A stretch of DNA of 37,674 nt from an uncultured Bacteriovorax sp. GTDB lineage: Bacteria > Bdellovibrionota > Bacteriovoracia > Bacteriovoracales > Bacteriovoracaceae. Of this stretch, positions 25,922-36,626 are shown in pieces. Position numbers and translations under genes: made by a program. The notes under the pieces are model-generated. The model worked only from the letters and a program-made list of their open reading frames with translations. It had not been told where the DNA came from and did not search any database. Within the stretch, counting starts at the first letter, position 1. Each line of letters opens with the position of its first letter. Location: assembly GCA_964016365.1 (NCBI GenBank), contig CAXHHE010000001.1:1-37674 (forward strand), written 5' to 3'.

Positions 25922-28809
25922 TTCGCACCTGCCTTATCCATCAAAGCATTACCTTTTTCATTGTAGTACTCTGGAATAATCGCATCATTTTTAACCAGGA
26001 ACCATCCATTATCTGAAGACAGGATGTTTTCCTTTTCGATTTTCTTAATTGCTGTTTCTCTGAAATCTTGCGCCTGTTTATCCAGCGGGCTTGCCAATTT
26101 CTGCATTCCTTTTTGGAAAGACGACACGTACTCAGGAGATTTTCCTGGTGGTGTGAATTCAGTGATTTCCTTTTCTAGTCCTTCGTGAGCTTCTACGATG
26201 TAACGGTAAGCTTTTACGATACCAATCCCTGAACCAAGTTCAGCAATCGAGATTGCTTCAGTCGTAATTTTATCCAGCATCACGAATTTATTCTTTAAAT
26301 TCTTGTTATACTCAGCTTCCGGGAAAGCAAGTCTCACTGAATTTAATCTCTTCACCTGTTCTTCTAGTGCGTTTAAGCGGATAAGTGCAATCGCATCCAG
26401 GCCTTCCAGGGGAACATCCATTTTGGATTTTTTAGCCGTCTCAAAATAAGTCAGCATTTTACTTCTTACTTTACCAGCGTCTTCTACTCTACCAATGTTT
26501 TCCAGCTCATTAGCAAGAAGGCTTGATGGGTAAATTAACTGAGGCCACATTTCTTTTGTCGCTTCCAGTTTTTTAATCACTTCATTAAATGATCCCCACT
26601 TACTCGCTGCTGCCAGTTCGTTTAAGTGATCAAGGTAACCAGGAAGAACAACATCATTTCCCAGACCACATTTTGGAGCTTTTGCCAGAAGGTTTAAGCT
26701 CTTATCAAACTGTCTGTCTGCCAGGTAAATAACGTTAGCATTCTTAAAGTATGTCTTGATGTTTTTTGAGTTTGTTGTGCAGATCTTATCAAAGATCTTT
26801 TCACTTAAAGCTGCTGATTCAGCAAACTGGCGTCTTTGGAAAAGGTCAGTTGTAAAAAGAATAAAATCTTTTTCAAACTTCACGATTTCTGCCGGCTCCA
26901 TCATTACGGCTGCGCGATCTGCCCATCCATACATTTGTTTCCATTCACCTGTTTCATAGAATAAAACGGCGATGTTATAGGCAGCTGTCTTTTTTGCTTC
27001 TTTATCAGTCTCTGGAGATTTATAGATTTGCAGGTAGCCTTTTAGAGCTCCGCGCTTATCTCCTTTGATGCTGGCCTGTTCAACTTTCTCAAACTGCATT
27101 CCCAGCATAAGTGTCTTAACTTTTTGACCATATTCAGGGTTAACTTTGAATTCATTTGATTCAATTCTTTTTGCCCATCCGAGAAGAGCAGCTTTGTTGC
27201 CCGTGTCTTTATGGAAGTCCATTACCTGCGCCAGCATTTTCTCCTGAGTTTCAGATTCTGCCGGAAAGTTTGACTTGTAGTTAAGAAGTGTTTTTTCGGC
27301 CCCTGCAATATCCTTTTTCCCCATTTGAGTTGAAAATAAGCGCTGGTAAACAACACTCGACTTTTCACCTTTTGGGTTAACGGCCAGGAATCCTTCATAA
27401 GCTGGAATCAGGTAGTCTTCCGATGTTTTTTTGCTTACGTTTTTCCCAAGAGATACCATCAGAGCATTGCTCGCCAACTCTTCAGTCTTTTTATCTTTGT
27501 TGGCCTGTGAACGCTTAATTGATTCAGCATAAAGAGGAACTGCTTTGTCATACTCGCCGATAGCAAAGTATGTCTCTCCTGTATGGAAGTAGGCCATCTG
27601 AGATTTCTCAGGAGAAAGAAGAGCGCTCATCATGAAATATTCATTAGCAGCTTCTGCTTTTTTAGTGCGAATTTCTTTTTGGTTTTCATAGGTCTTAGCT
27701 ACCAGCTGCTGCTGGATAAGTGCTGACATTTTTTCAACGTTAAACTTCAAGATCTCAATTTGATCCGGGCTTAAATTTCCTTTTGAGAATTGGCTGGTTA
27801 AAGCACGGCTCGTTTCCAAGTGTTTTTGATCGCGACCGAACTTCTCATACAAACTGATAAGTTCGATATTGATATCGTTTTCTTCCTTTTCAGATGTTTT
27901 GTATTGAAGAGCATCACTTAAAGTCTTCTCAGCTGCTGCGAATTTCCCTTGAGACTTAAGGTACTTCCCTACTTTTAACATAACGTCTGAAACTGATTTA
28001 CCATTCTTTTTGTAGAAGGCAATTGCTTCATTGGATTTCCCAGCTTCTGTGTAAAAGAAGGCCAGGTCGCGTTCGATACTTTTTGTCATATCAATGTATT
28101 TAGGATTTTTAGAGAGCTCATATGACTCTGTCATGACATCAATCGCTTTGTCGTGACGGCCCATTTTGAAATAAGACCAAGCTAGGTTGAAAGCATCTTT
28201 CGTCCACCACTTATCTCTTTTTGTCTTAAGTGCCGTTTCATAAAGGTTCATTGATTTATCAAATGATCCTTTGTTGAAATAAATTTCAGCAAGAGCGATT
28301 CGCGATTTATCAGCAATCACTGAATTGCTTTTTGATTCTTCCAGAGCTTTCTGGAAGAACTTTCTCGACTGCTCTTCTTGTTTTAGTTCCTTGGCATTGT
28401 ACGCCAGGATGTAATAAGCATCGCCTTTTTCATCAAAGTTTTTAAAGTTCTTTAAAAGAACTAGTACGGTTTTTTGAGCTTGGTCAAAATAACGGCGCGA
28501 TTCTTTAAAATACTCATCCTTGCTGCCCTTTTCTCTTTGGGCCGCAGGAACTTCAAGGTACTTTTGGTTTTCCTGATCTTTTAATAAACGGGCCTTTTCT
28601 AAAAGAACCTGGGCCATACGTAACATTAGATCCGGTCTTTTTGCACCGACTTGTTTATTAAGACGAGTGACCTCGCGAAGTTCTTCATCTAAAACCTTAA
28701 TTAACTCAGCTCTTCTTTGCTCAACATCAGCTTTCGCCTCTTTGATAATCAGAGAGTTTGTTAAAAAGAGTCCTAAACAAAACGAGAGTAGCATTTTTCT
28801 TTTCATCAT
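25918..28809 (-). CDS. Large periplasmic TPR protein (GltD/AgmU-like)
   Basis: Signal peptide and many TPRs (YYILAY, LAEIYF, FNLAWSY, YNIAVLF); operon context. Confidence 0.75.
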   Translation of the reverse strand: MMKRKMLLSFCLGLFLTNSLIIKEAKADVEQRRAELIKVLDEELREVTRLNKQVGAKRPDLMLRMAQVLLEKARLLKDQENQKYLEVPAAQREKGSKDEYFKESRRYFDQAQKTVLVLLKNFKNFDEKGDAYYILAYNAKELKQEEQSRKFFQKALEESKSNSVIADKSRIALAEIYFNKGSFDKSMNLYETALKTKRDKWWTKDAFNLAWSYFKMGRHDKAIDVMTESYELSKNPKYIDMTKSIERDLAFFYTEAGKSNEAIAFYKKNGKSVSDVMLKVGKYLKSQGKFAAAEKTLSDALQYKTSEKEENDINIELISLYEKFGRDQKHLETSRALTSQFSKGNLSPDQIEILKFNVEKMSALIQQQLVAKTYENQKEIRTKKAEAANEYFMMSALLSPEKSQMAYFHTGETYFAIGEYDKAVPLYAESIKRSQANKDKKTEELASNALMVSLGKNVSKKTSEDYLIPAYEGFLAVNPKGEKSSVVYQRLFSTQMGKKDIAGAEKTLLNYKSNFPAESETQEKMLAQVMDFHKDTGNKAALLGWAKRIESNEFKVNPEYGQKVKTLMLGMQFEKVEQASIKGDKRGALKGYLQIYKSPETDKEAKKTAAYNIAVLFYETGEWKQMYGWADRAAVMMEPAEIVKFEKDFILFTTDLFQRRQFAESAALSEKIFDKICTTNSKNIKTYFKNANVIYLADRQFDKSLNLLAKAPKCGLGNDVVLPGYLDHLNELAAASKWGSFNEVIKKLEATKEMWPQLIYPSSLLANELENIGRVEDAGKVRSKMLTYFETAKKSKMDVPLEGLDAIALIRLNALEEQVKRLNSVRLAFPEAEYNKNLKNKFVMLDKITTEAISIAELGSGIGIVKAYRYIVEAHEGLEKEITEFTPPGKSPEYVSSFQKGMQKLASPLDKQAQDFRETAIKKIEKENILSSDNGWFLVKNDAIIPEYYNEKGNALMDKAGAK

Positions 28810-30233
28810 TACTTACATTCCGATTTAAGCGAGAATACATAGTCACCAAGTTCATCGGCCCAGAACTCGCCATTAAATGTCCAAAAGTATTGTTTATCTG
28901 TTCTACGTAAGTGAGCTACGTTCCCTCTTGCTCGGCCGTCACCGCGCATAGAGATGTCTTCGTATAACTCTGTTTTTCTCTTCGATAAAACTTCCAGCTT
29001 GATATAACTCATATCCTCGAAAGCGCGCACAACCTGAGCAGCATATAATTGAAGCTGCCCACGGATATAACTTCCAATCAGGTTTCTTTGTAAACTTAGA
29101 GACTCACGAAGGTTTTCGTTTAGAGCTCCTTTTAGAGCATCATTTGGAAGACCTTTTAATCTTTCGATTTCATCGCGTCCGTTATTAAACGAGTTGTAAA
29201 GCTCCAGGTAAGCCGGGTCTTTTCCAATTGAAGCTAGCGCCGTGCTTAGGATTTTATTCTCTCTGTACTTTCCTTCTTCGCGATCTTTAACTAGAAGGTA
29301 GTACTGACGGTAATCTTTCCCAAGAGAATCAATGAACTTCTTATAACCAATATTGGCCGTTTCGTAATACGTATAGAAATCTTCTACCGTTTTCTTTGAG
29401 TCATCCCATAGACACATTTCCATATAAGAAAGGGCCTTTAAAACTTCAATTTCCGGGTTGAAAGTGTAACTAAACACCGGTGCCTTGTACGTTACAAGCT
29501 TCCCAAGAGTACGATTGTAGTCTTTTTGATAAAAGCTGTTCCATGCCTCTTCAAACAGGATTTCCGGCCAGATATAAGATGATTTCGGAAGATCCAGATA
29601 TGATGAATAGGCCAGGTCAAATTTAGCTAGAGCAAACTGAGAACGAGGAATTCCCACCACACAGTAATCGCGAGTGATATTCAGCTGTCTGATACGGTCT
29701 TTGTTGCTTTCTTTTTTTATTTGAGATTCTGCAACTTCAATACACTCTCTAAAAACTCCGGCCGCTTTGTCCTCTCTCTTACTTACAGAGTAAGCACTCC
29801 CTTCAAGCAGAAGAGCAAATGGTTTTACCGGGTGCCAGTCTTCAATCTTGCGGTCAAGATACTTAAGGGCCTGGTCAAACTTACCTTGGCGGAAGGCCTT
29901 TCTCGCCAGGATGTAACGGATTGTTGGTGCATTTGATTTCTCTAGGATATTTGCTGGAAGAACCTCAAACTGCTTAACCCCAACCTGAGTGATAAGTTCA
30001 TCAAGAACTTTATCAAGAGCTGCATCGTTAACTCTATTTGTTGAGGCCATATATTCCTTAATGAAAGGAATGGCACTGAAATACATTTTGTCTTGCACTA
30101 GCTCTGCAGCTAGTTGCGGATAGCGGGATTTATCCCCCGCTTGGTAAATTCTTCTTGCACCTTGAATTGAAGCATGGGCATTCATTCCAAGGGCGAGGAA
30201 GAAAAGTAATAAACATGATTTTTTCATTTTCAC
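28809..30233 (-). CDS. gltC: GltC-like TPR protein
   Basis: LFEEAW...RTLGKL...PE and the C-terminal FWTFNGEFWADELGDY...C signature. Confidence 0.72.
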   Translation of the reverse strand: MKMKKSCLLLFFLALGMNAHASIQGARRIYQAGDKSRYPQLAAELVQDKMYFSAIPFIKEYMASTNRVNDAALDKVLDELITQVGVKQFEVLPANILEKSNAPTIRYILARKAFRQGKFDQALKYLDRKIEDWHPVKPFALLLEGSAYSVSKREDKAAGVFRECIEVAESQIKKESNKDRIRQLNITRDYCVVGIPRSQFALAKFDLAYSSYLDLPKSSYIWPEILFEEAWNSFYQKDYNRTLGKLVTYKAPVFSYTFNPEIEVLKALSYMEMCLWDDSKKTVEDFYTYYETANIGYKKFIDSLGKDYRQYYLLVKDREEGKYRENKILSTALASIGKDPAYLELYNSFNNGRDEIERLKGLPNDALKGALNENLRESLSLQRNLIGSYIRGQLQLYAAQVVRAFEDMSYIKLEVLSKRKTELYEDISMRGDGRARGNVAHLRRTDKQYFWTFNGEFWADELGDYVFSLKSECK

Positions 30234-30247
30234 TTCTCCCTAAAATC

Positions 30248-30967
30248 TTAGAATGTGTAACCAATAGACGCTGTCGCATCAAAGTTCGACTTGTAACTTG
30301 ATCCTGAAGTAGAAATATTGTCAGCACTGTAGTGAACTGCTGTTAGATCAGTTCTCACGCTGAAACTTTCGTTAATATAAAATTTAAGACCAGCAGACCA
30401 CATAATCCCGCTGTGTGTTTCTTCAGTTTCAATCCCTTCAGCTGTTTGCCCTTGAGTGAAACGAAGCTTGTTATTTTTCTCTTTTAACTGAGCGTATCCA
30501 AGACCGAAAATCCAGTCCATGTAAACGATCTTGTTGAATGTATTGATCTTGCTGTAAAACGGTGACCAAAGGAACATTGCTCCCATGTAGCTATCGACAA
30601 TTCTTCTGAATGGAGTTGTCCCAGTTCCCCCTCCACCAGAGTTACGAACACCTTTTGCTGTCTCGTTTTCTTTCCCTGAGTTTTTTGAGTATAGAACTTC
30701 AAATCCATAGTCTTCTGTGAAGAAGTATCCTGCACGCCCCTGAATGGCCGTTGAATCAACGAATGCACCAGAAGTTGTGATCCCTCCACCAACGTTAATA
30801 TGGGCATGATTAGCTTTTCTAAACTTTCTGTTCTGAAGAACGAAAACTTCTTTATCCGGATCAAGCCACGAGAATTCGTAAATGTCTTTTTCACTGGCGA
30901 ATAAATTTGTTGTGAAAGTTAATGAGAAAAGAACTAGAGAAGCCAAAACTTTTGATTTCATACGCAT
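30248..30967 (-). CDS. Outer-membrane beta-barrel protein (GltA/GltB/GltH-like)
   Basis: Signal peptide, VLQNRKFRK, WSPFYSKIN, amphipathic strands and terminal Phe. Confidence 0.8.
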   Translation of the reverse strand: MRMKSKVLASLVLFSLTFTTNLFASEKDIYEFSWLDPDKEVFVLQNRKFRKANHAHINVGGGITTSGAFVDSTAIQGRAGYFFTEDYGFEVLYSKNSGKENETAKGVRNSGGGGTGTTPFRRIVDSYMGAMFLWSPFYSKINTFNKIVYMDWIFGLGYAQLKEKNNKLRFTQGQTAEGIETEETHSGIMWSAGLKFYINESFSVRTDLTAVHYSADNISTSGSSYKSNFDATASIGYTF

Positions 30968-31032
30968 CCTGCTTTTAAAATTTCCTAAAGTCTATCCAAG
31001 GTCTAGAATTTAGTACTATTTTAACACAGGAC

Positions 31033-34000
31033 CTATGTCTCGCAACTCGTGGCAGTTCTTTTATAGTGAACGCACATTGATGAGTAGTCACAGACCGAGC
31101 AGTGATTCAAATTAACCTGATTAAGCGACTCTGTTTTTGTCCAGTTCTCAAAGAGAATTTGAGAAATTTGGGCAAGACTCATAGTTTTGTTCACCAACTT
31201 TTTTTCGTCGACATAAACCAATGAGAGGGGGATCATTTTTTCCGGAGTAAAATGCTTCAGCTTTGCATATGCGTAGCCATAACACATTAACTGGAACCAA
31301 TAACTCTCTTCATTCTTTTCATCGCGAAGACCTGTTTTAAAATCCCAAACAACGACTGAATCCTGATCTTCAAAAATCAAATCGGGAGTTCCAGAAATCA
31401 TCTGTCCAAAAAGAGAAAACTTAATCTGCTTTTCGCTGATGACATTTTTTCCATTGGAAATATTATTGGCCTCTTTAAACGCCCACTCTATTTTGTCTTT
31501 GTCAGCGCCACTGATTTGATCAAGGGCCATTTGATTTAAAAGCAGTTTAGAAAGATGCGCATGCACTTTCGTCCCGCGCTCCATTGAAGAGTAGAACACT
31601 TCTTCAGCTTCAATGGCCTCTTCTTCATCAAGTTTTAGAAACAATTGCCTATCAATTCCTGGAGCTGGAATTTTACAGATATTTGAAAGATAGAACTTAA
31701 ATGGACACTGAGCAAGCTGGGCCAGTCTCGTTACAGATGTCTCTGCAAACACGCCAAGTTTTGTTTTTTCTTCAGAAGCAATCAACCCAAGAGAGTCTTT
31801 AAGAATAATTGGGATATCGACTTCCTGATGAATCGTATTCTTTCCCAGGCTCAGTGTTCTTTCTGTTAAAACATCTGAAGCTGGAGCGAGTCTCATGGCC
31901 CTAATCCAGTGATTGCTCCCCGGTGAAAGTTGTTTTTCTTTCCCATCGATATTGGCCCACAGGTCAACCCATCCCAGGTATTTCACTGCACGTGTACACG
32001 CTACATAAAGAAGCCTTTTACTTTCAGAGAATTCTTTGGCGCGGTCCAGTTCTGCTTCATAGTAGTAAACTGGTGATTTATAAAATTTCTTTTGATTGTA
32101 GGCCTTTTTCCATCTAAAACTTTTTGGTAATTTCCCAACAGTTTCAGTTTTCCCCATCTGCAACCCATTGCTATGAATCCCGCCCAAAAGAACGGCATCA
32201 AACTCCAACCCTTTTGAAGCATGGGCAGACATAATGATAACTCTTTTAGCTCTTGCCCCATTCATTAACTCAAGCGAGTACTGCTCCTCACTTTCTGTTG
32301 AAAGCAAATGGAAAACCTTAATTGGATCTTCATTACACACGCGGCATATAGAATCAATGAGTGCGCTGTTTTCTTGATATTGAGAATTGCTGATTCCAAG
32401 TGAATAAACCAGTTTATGGAAGGCAAGGCGAAGCCCTAAGATCGCGAGGTCCCCTAAGAACTTTTCTTCGATTTCTTTAGCAGTGCTTTTTACATTCAGC
32501 ACTTCTAAAAGTGAATTAAGCAGGAAATGAGTCGAGCGAAGTTTCTTTTCTTCATTAAGATTAAGCTTTAACTCTATCGCTCTTAAGAATAAATTAATGA
32601 TCGGGTCTTCTGCATACTGCACTTTAACCTGAGCACTAAAGGCCACTTCGTTTTCTGCCAATAAATCTAAAAGAAGCGCGCTTGGACGAAGTTTGCGGTA
32701 AAGCACGCAAACACTTTGCATATCATCACGGTTTAAAAGCTCACGAATGATTTCATAAAGGGCTTCAGCTTCATAAAAATCCAGATCGAGTTTTTTATCG
32801 CTTTCTAATCCTTCAATCTCTGTCCTAAAACGCTCAACCTGTCCTAAAGTATTTTTAATTTCTGGGATAGTCTGAGGCTCCATTAAAACCGTGTTCGGGT
32901 CTTGCCCTTCAAAGCCATAACCTAACGGGAAAACCGTTTCAAAGAAATGGTTATTAAACTTAATGACTTTTCCAAATGACCTGAAATTATTTTTCAGCCA
33001 GATATTATTTTCAGTTCCCAACATTTCTGAGCATTGGTTAAAAACCAGAAGCTCTCCGCCTCTAAAGCCGTAGATCGCTTGTTTTTTATCCCCAACACAA
33101 AACAGTCTCTGATGGTTATCACCAACCAGGTGCTTAATGATTTCATATTGAACTGAAGAGGTATCCTGGAATTCATCGACAATAAAGTAGTCGTAGTTCT
33201 TTTTTATTTTTTCTCTAATTTGCGGATGTCTAAGTCCAACACAGGCAAAGTACTCCAGATCGGAGAAGGCAAAACCTTTTTCCAGGAAGTAGTTTTCATC
33301 AATAAAGTTGTAAACCTCTTTAAAAGTTTCAACCCATGACCAGTAAATATCGTAGTGATCAATGAAATTGGTCAGGTCTTCATGAATCTCTCTTAATTCT
33401 TTAACTAATACTTTTAATTTTTCCAGAGCATACTTCTGGTCTTCATTCATCGCTTTAACTTCGCGAGGAAGAGTTCCCACACTCAAGGCCCATTGGGCGT
33501 ATTCGCGGAAATTCTGGGCCTTAAAACTTCCAAGTCTTGAATAAAGTTCATCATAACTTTGAAGAAAGACAAACCATCCCTTCTCTCTTTCTTTGACGTC
33601 AGCGTTTATATCAATTGATGAACTAAGGAATTCTTCCAGATCAAGTGTCGAAATCAAATCATTGATAAATGATTCCAGTTCTTTTTCTGGAGAGGTTTTA
33701 ACTAATGGCTCTTTCCACATCAGCCTTAATTCAGGTGAATTATAGATTTCAATCATCGCTCCGATCAAGGCTTGCGAGTTCGCCTGAAAGATTTGATTTA
33801 AACGATTATTCTTAGAGATAAACCACAAGTTAAAAAGATTTGAGATTTTATTTTTAAATTCCACACTGCTTAAAATCTGGATGTCGCTACCGACATCAGC
33901 AAAGTAGCCTTGAGATAAAAGCTGATGACAAAAAGATGAGATCGTCGTGATGTTCATCATCGAAAGATACTGCCTGATAAGCGACCAGTACTCCAAAGTC

Positions 34001-34302
34001 TTTGCATCTGGTGCATTTTCACATAGGTCATCGATTCTCTTCATCATACGAATCGACATTTCCCCTGCGGCCTTTTTAGTAAAGGTCATCAAGACAAGTT
34101 TAGGCAACTGAAAAGGAACAACGTGTAGCCACTCCGAAGACGGAGTCTTCACTCTCAAATTATCCAGCCAGGTGATGATATGCTCAATCAGAACGAAAGT
34201 TTTCCCTGATCCTGCTCCCGCAGAAAGGATTTTTCCTCCCTCGTGGTGAATGGCCACTTTTTGTTCTGCATTTGGAGACTTTGCGCCTGAATTAAGACTC
34301 AC
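31033..34302 (-). CDS. addA: UvrD-like helicase with C-terminal PD-(D/E)XK nuclease (AddA-like)
   Basis: Helicase motifs AGAGSGKT, TFTKKAA, VDEFQDT, VGDKKQAIYGFRG, NFRS, HASKGLEF and RLLYVACTRA; nuclease motifs GTPD, DFKTG and QLMCY. Confidence 0.85.
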   Translation of the reverse strand: MSLNSGAKSPNAEQKVAIHHEGGKILSAGAGSGKTFVLIEHIITWLDNLRVKTPSSEWLHVVPFQLPKLVLMTFTKKAAGEMSIRMMKRIDDLCENAPDAKTLEYWSLIRQYLSMMNITTISSFCHQLLSQGYFADVGSDIQILSSVEFKNKISNLFNLWFISKNNRLNQIFQANSQALIGAMIEIYNSPELRLMWKEPLVKTSPEKELESFINDLISTLDLEEFLSSSIDINADVKEREKGWFVFLQSYDELYSRLGSFKAQNFREYAQWALSVGTLPREVKAMNEDQKYALEKLKVLVKELREIHEDLTNFIDHYDIYWSWVETFKEVYNFIDENYFLEKGFAFSDLEYFACVGLRHPQIREKIKKNYDYFIVDEFQDTSSVQYEIIKHLVGDNHQRLFCVGDKKQAIYGFRGGELLVFNQCSEMLGTENNIWLKNNFRSFGKVIKFNNHFFETVFPLGYGFEGQDPNTVLMEPQTIPEIKNTLGQVERFRTEIEGLESDKKLDLDFYEAEALYEIIRELLNRDDMQSVCVLYRKLRPSALLLDLLAENEVAFSAQVKVQYAEDPIINLFLRAIELKLNLNEEKKLRSTHFLLNSLLEVLNVKSTAKEIEEKFLGDLAILGLRLAFHKLVYSLGISNSQYQENSALIDSICRVCNEDPIKVFHLLSTESEEQYSLELMNGARAKRVIIMSAHASKGLEFDAVLLGGIHSNGLQMGKTETVGKLPKSFRWKKAYNQKKFYKSPVYYYEAELDRAKEFSESKRLLYVACTRAVKYLGWVDLWANIDGKEKQLSPGSNHWIRAMRLAPASDVLTERTLSLGKNTIHQEVDIPIILKDSLGLIASEEKTKLGVFAETSVTRLAQLAQCPFKFYLSNICKIPAPGIDRQLFLKLDEEEAIEAEEVFYSSMERGTKVHAHLSKLLLNQMALDQISGADKDKIEWAFKEANNISNGKNVISEKQIKFSLFGQMISGTPDLIFEDQDSVVVWDFKTGLRDEKNEESYWFQLMCYGYAYAKLKHFTPEKMIPLSLVYVDEKKLVNKTMSLAQISQILFENWTKTESLNQVNLNHCSVCDYSSMCVHYKRTATSCET

Positions 34303-36592
34303 AAGTTCCTCCTTTTAAGCAAAACAAGTTCACTGGGCAGAAATGGCAGACTTTATTTTCTCTTGGATTGGGACGGAAGACTTTCATCGTCTGAATATCA
34401 GCAATCGCTGTTTCAACGACTGCTGTAACATTTTCCAAAGAAGCCCCTAAAAGTTTTTGGGCCTCATCGGTGTCAAAAAATAATTTATCATCTGTCAGGT
34501 CACTTAAATTTAAGTAGCCGAAAGCATCGATCTCATGACCTTGGTGCTTTAACACTAAAAGATAAACCCATAACTGAATTTTCTTAAACTCTACCGTCTC
34601 TGTTTTAGTTCCGGCGGCACTGCTTGAGCGTTTAAAATCTAAAATACTAACTTTGTTATCCGCCGAAATCATCAGACAGTCGATGGACCCGTGAAGATTC
34701 CACGGATTTTGTCCAAGCGGCACTTCAAATTTTATTGTTGTGATATTTTTAAGGCGAATGAGATCTAATAAAAAGACAATCCCATTCCAAGTATAGTGCA
34801 TAATCTCGTTATAACTTCTCGCCTTTTCAGTTTCTGTTAAAACCAGCTTGCTAGTCGAGAGATACTCATTAAAAACTTTTACACAAATCGCCTGATGCAA
34901 ATCGAGCTTAATCTCTTCAGCAATATTTGGAGCTAGTTCACGAAAGTAATCTGCAATGATTTGATGCTCTAGATTTCCTAACTCATCAGGTCCCAGGCTG
35001 GCTCGCTCCAGCGGTCGGTTATCAATCTTCTCAACATGGGTAAAATAAAACTTCTGTGGACAATCAATAAAGGTCTGAAGCTTAGAAGCAGAAAAAGTCT
35101 TTTGGGTAAAAGGGCCCTCTTTCATTTTTGGCAGTAAGTATTCATGGATTTTTTTGATTGAGTACTTCACTCCCAGGTCTAAATCCTGAACATCAAAGTT
35201 TTTAAGAACTTCTCTCCATGAAAGATCCGTTTCTAAAACCTGCTCTTCAATTAAAAGAATTGTTTCAGGATGTCCTAAAACAGAAAGAAGCTCATACTTG
35301 TGAAAGAGAAATTCCAATCCCGCACGTTTAATTGGCCCAATGGCCCTTAAGGCCTTAGTCATAGCTTCACTTAAAATCTTTTCATTGGCCCTAAAGCCTC
35401 CAAGACTTCCAGTCGCCAAAACAGCAAGAGGTTTTTGATCATTTCTAAAATTCAAAGCGTTCATATCTAAGAACGATCTTTGAATTTCTTCTTCCAGCGT
35501 AATAAAACTCACACGTGGAGAATTAAGCCCTACGATGATTTCCAGGATATCAATGGCAAAGTGGTCAATCAGTGATTGAAACTCACTATAAGAAGCCAGC
35601 GCTTCTTTGGCCAGGTCGATCACTTTAAACTTGCGATACTCTCCTTTTTCCTGAGCGCTGATCTTAAGAGCGTCCAGATGCAGGTCGAGCTCAGTGGCGG
35701 TATAACTTTTTACGTCTTTTAATTTTTGTCTTAAATCCCCGATGAGCCACTCAGTCTCTGAAGCAAAAAGATCTTCTGTCGTTTTAAAAAAAGAATTTTT
35801 TCTTTGAGCTTCCTGAAAACCAACAAGACCTACTCTGGTTCCTGCTAAAAGCAGATCGTAAGTCGAATGACTCTCAAAAAATTTATTTAAAATGACATTG
35901 CCCTTTCCTTTGGGAAGAACACTCACTTGGGTTGGGATGATTTCTTTTTCACGCGCTTCTGGCCCTTCTTGCGAAAGCCATTTGATCCAGTCGTTAGGCA
36001 GAGCTTCGTTGTAAACAGGTGCCGGAAAAAAAACATCGACCTCCTGCTCTTCACTTAAGACTTTCACCATATCCAACTGAACGCCGCTCATATGTTTAAA
36101 GCCCACAAACCACATCGGTCTATGGAGCTTAGATTCTGTTACCTTCTTGTAACTAGCGTGCTCGTCGACAAGTTTTTCCTGATCGAGGTAAGTCCAAAAC
36201 ACTAAAATTGATTTAACAATGGTCTCGTCGAGCTCTTTAAAAAACTCGGCCAGCAGCTCCAGATTGAGAGTAAACGAGCGCAATTCAGTGAAAAGCTCGA
36301 ATGACTCCAAGAAAATAGTTGTTTTTTCATTGGGAAAGTAGTGTTTCCACACCGCCGAAAGTTTGACCATCAGCTCTGATTTTCTAGCGCGAACCAGTCC
36401 CAGACCTTTTAAATGGTCAGCAGTCCACTTGGAAATGGTAATGATTTCAAGTTCTGGAAGGAGATTTCTCAGGTTGTCGGCAATCAGTGGGCTTGGACAA
36501 ATAACCAGAGGAGCACTTTCCTTTTGCATTTTGGAAAGCAAATCTTGGTTGGAATCATAAAAAACCACTTCTAGCACAGCGCTTTTCTCCAA
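34292..36592 (-). CDS. addB: AddB-like subunit with C-terminal PD-(D/E)XK nuclease and 4-Cys motif
   Basis: FSASKLQTFIDCP, GSID, DFK, QLWVY and CHFCPVNLFC; overlaps the addA start. The start codon (TTG) is uncertain. Confidence 0.75.
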   Translation of the reverse strand: MEKSAVLEVVFYDSNQDLLSKMQKESAPLVICPSPLIADNLRNLLPELEIITISKWTADHLKGLGLVRARKSELMVKLSAVWKHYFPNEKTTIFLESFELFTELRSFTLNLELLAEFFKELDETIVKSILVFWTYLDQEKLVDEHASYKKVTESKLHRPMWFVGFKHMSGVQLDMVKVLSEEQEVDVFFPAPVYNEALPNDWIKWLSQEGPEAREKEIIPTQVSVLPKGKGNVILNKFFESHSTYDLLLAGTRVGLVGFQEAQRKNSFFKTTEDLFASETEWLIGDLRQKLKDVKSYTATELDLHLDALKISAQEKGEYRKFKVIDLAKEALASYSEFQSLIDHFAIDILEIIVGLNSPRVSFITLEEEIQRSFLDMNALNFRNDQKPLAVLATGSLGGFRANEKILSEAMTKALRAIGPIKRAGLEFLFHKYELLSVLGHPETILLIEEQVLETDLSWREVLKNFDVQDLDLGVKYSIKKIHEYLLPKMKEGPFTQKTFSASKLQTFIDCPQKFYFTHVEKIDNRPLERASLGPDELGNLEHQIIADYFRELAPNIAEEIKLDLHQAICVKVFNEYLSTSKLVLTETEKARSYNEIMHYTWNGIVFLLDLIRLKNITTIKFEVPLGQNPWNLHGSIDCLMISADNKVSILDFKRSSSAAGTKTETVEFKKIQLWVYLLVLKHQGHEIDAFGYLNLSDLTDDKLFFDTDEAQKLLGASLENVTAVVETAIADIQTMKVFRPNPRENKVCHFCPVNLFCLKGGTCES

Positions 36593-36626
36593 GACAAAAC
36601 CGGGAATATTTGGTAAAAATTATTTT

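Noticed and set aside
30955-30975. CAGGAUG CsrA-like site at the Glt-like operon start
   Set aside because: A single occurrence coinciding with the SD and start codon, with only a 3-bp stem; insufficient evidence.
31033-36592. Cas4 or an anti-phage helicase-nuclease defence system
   Set aside because: No cas genes or array are present. Gene order, domain layout and housekeeping context fit AddAB repair better.
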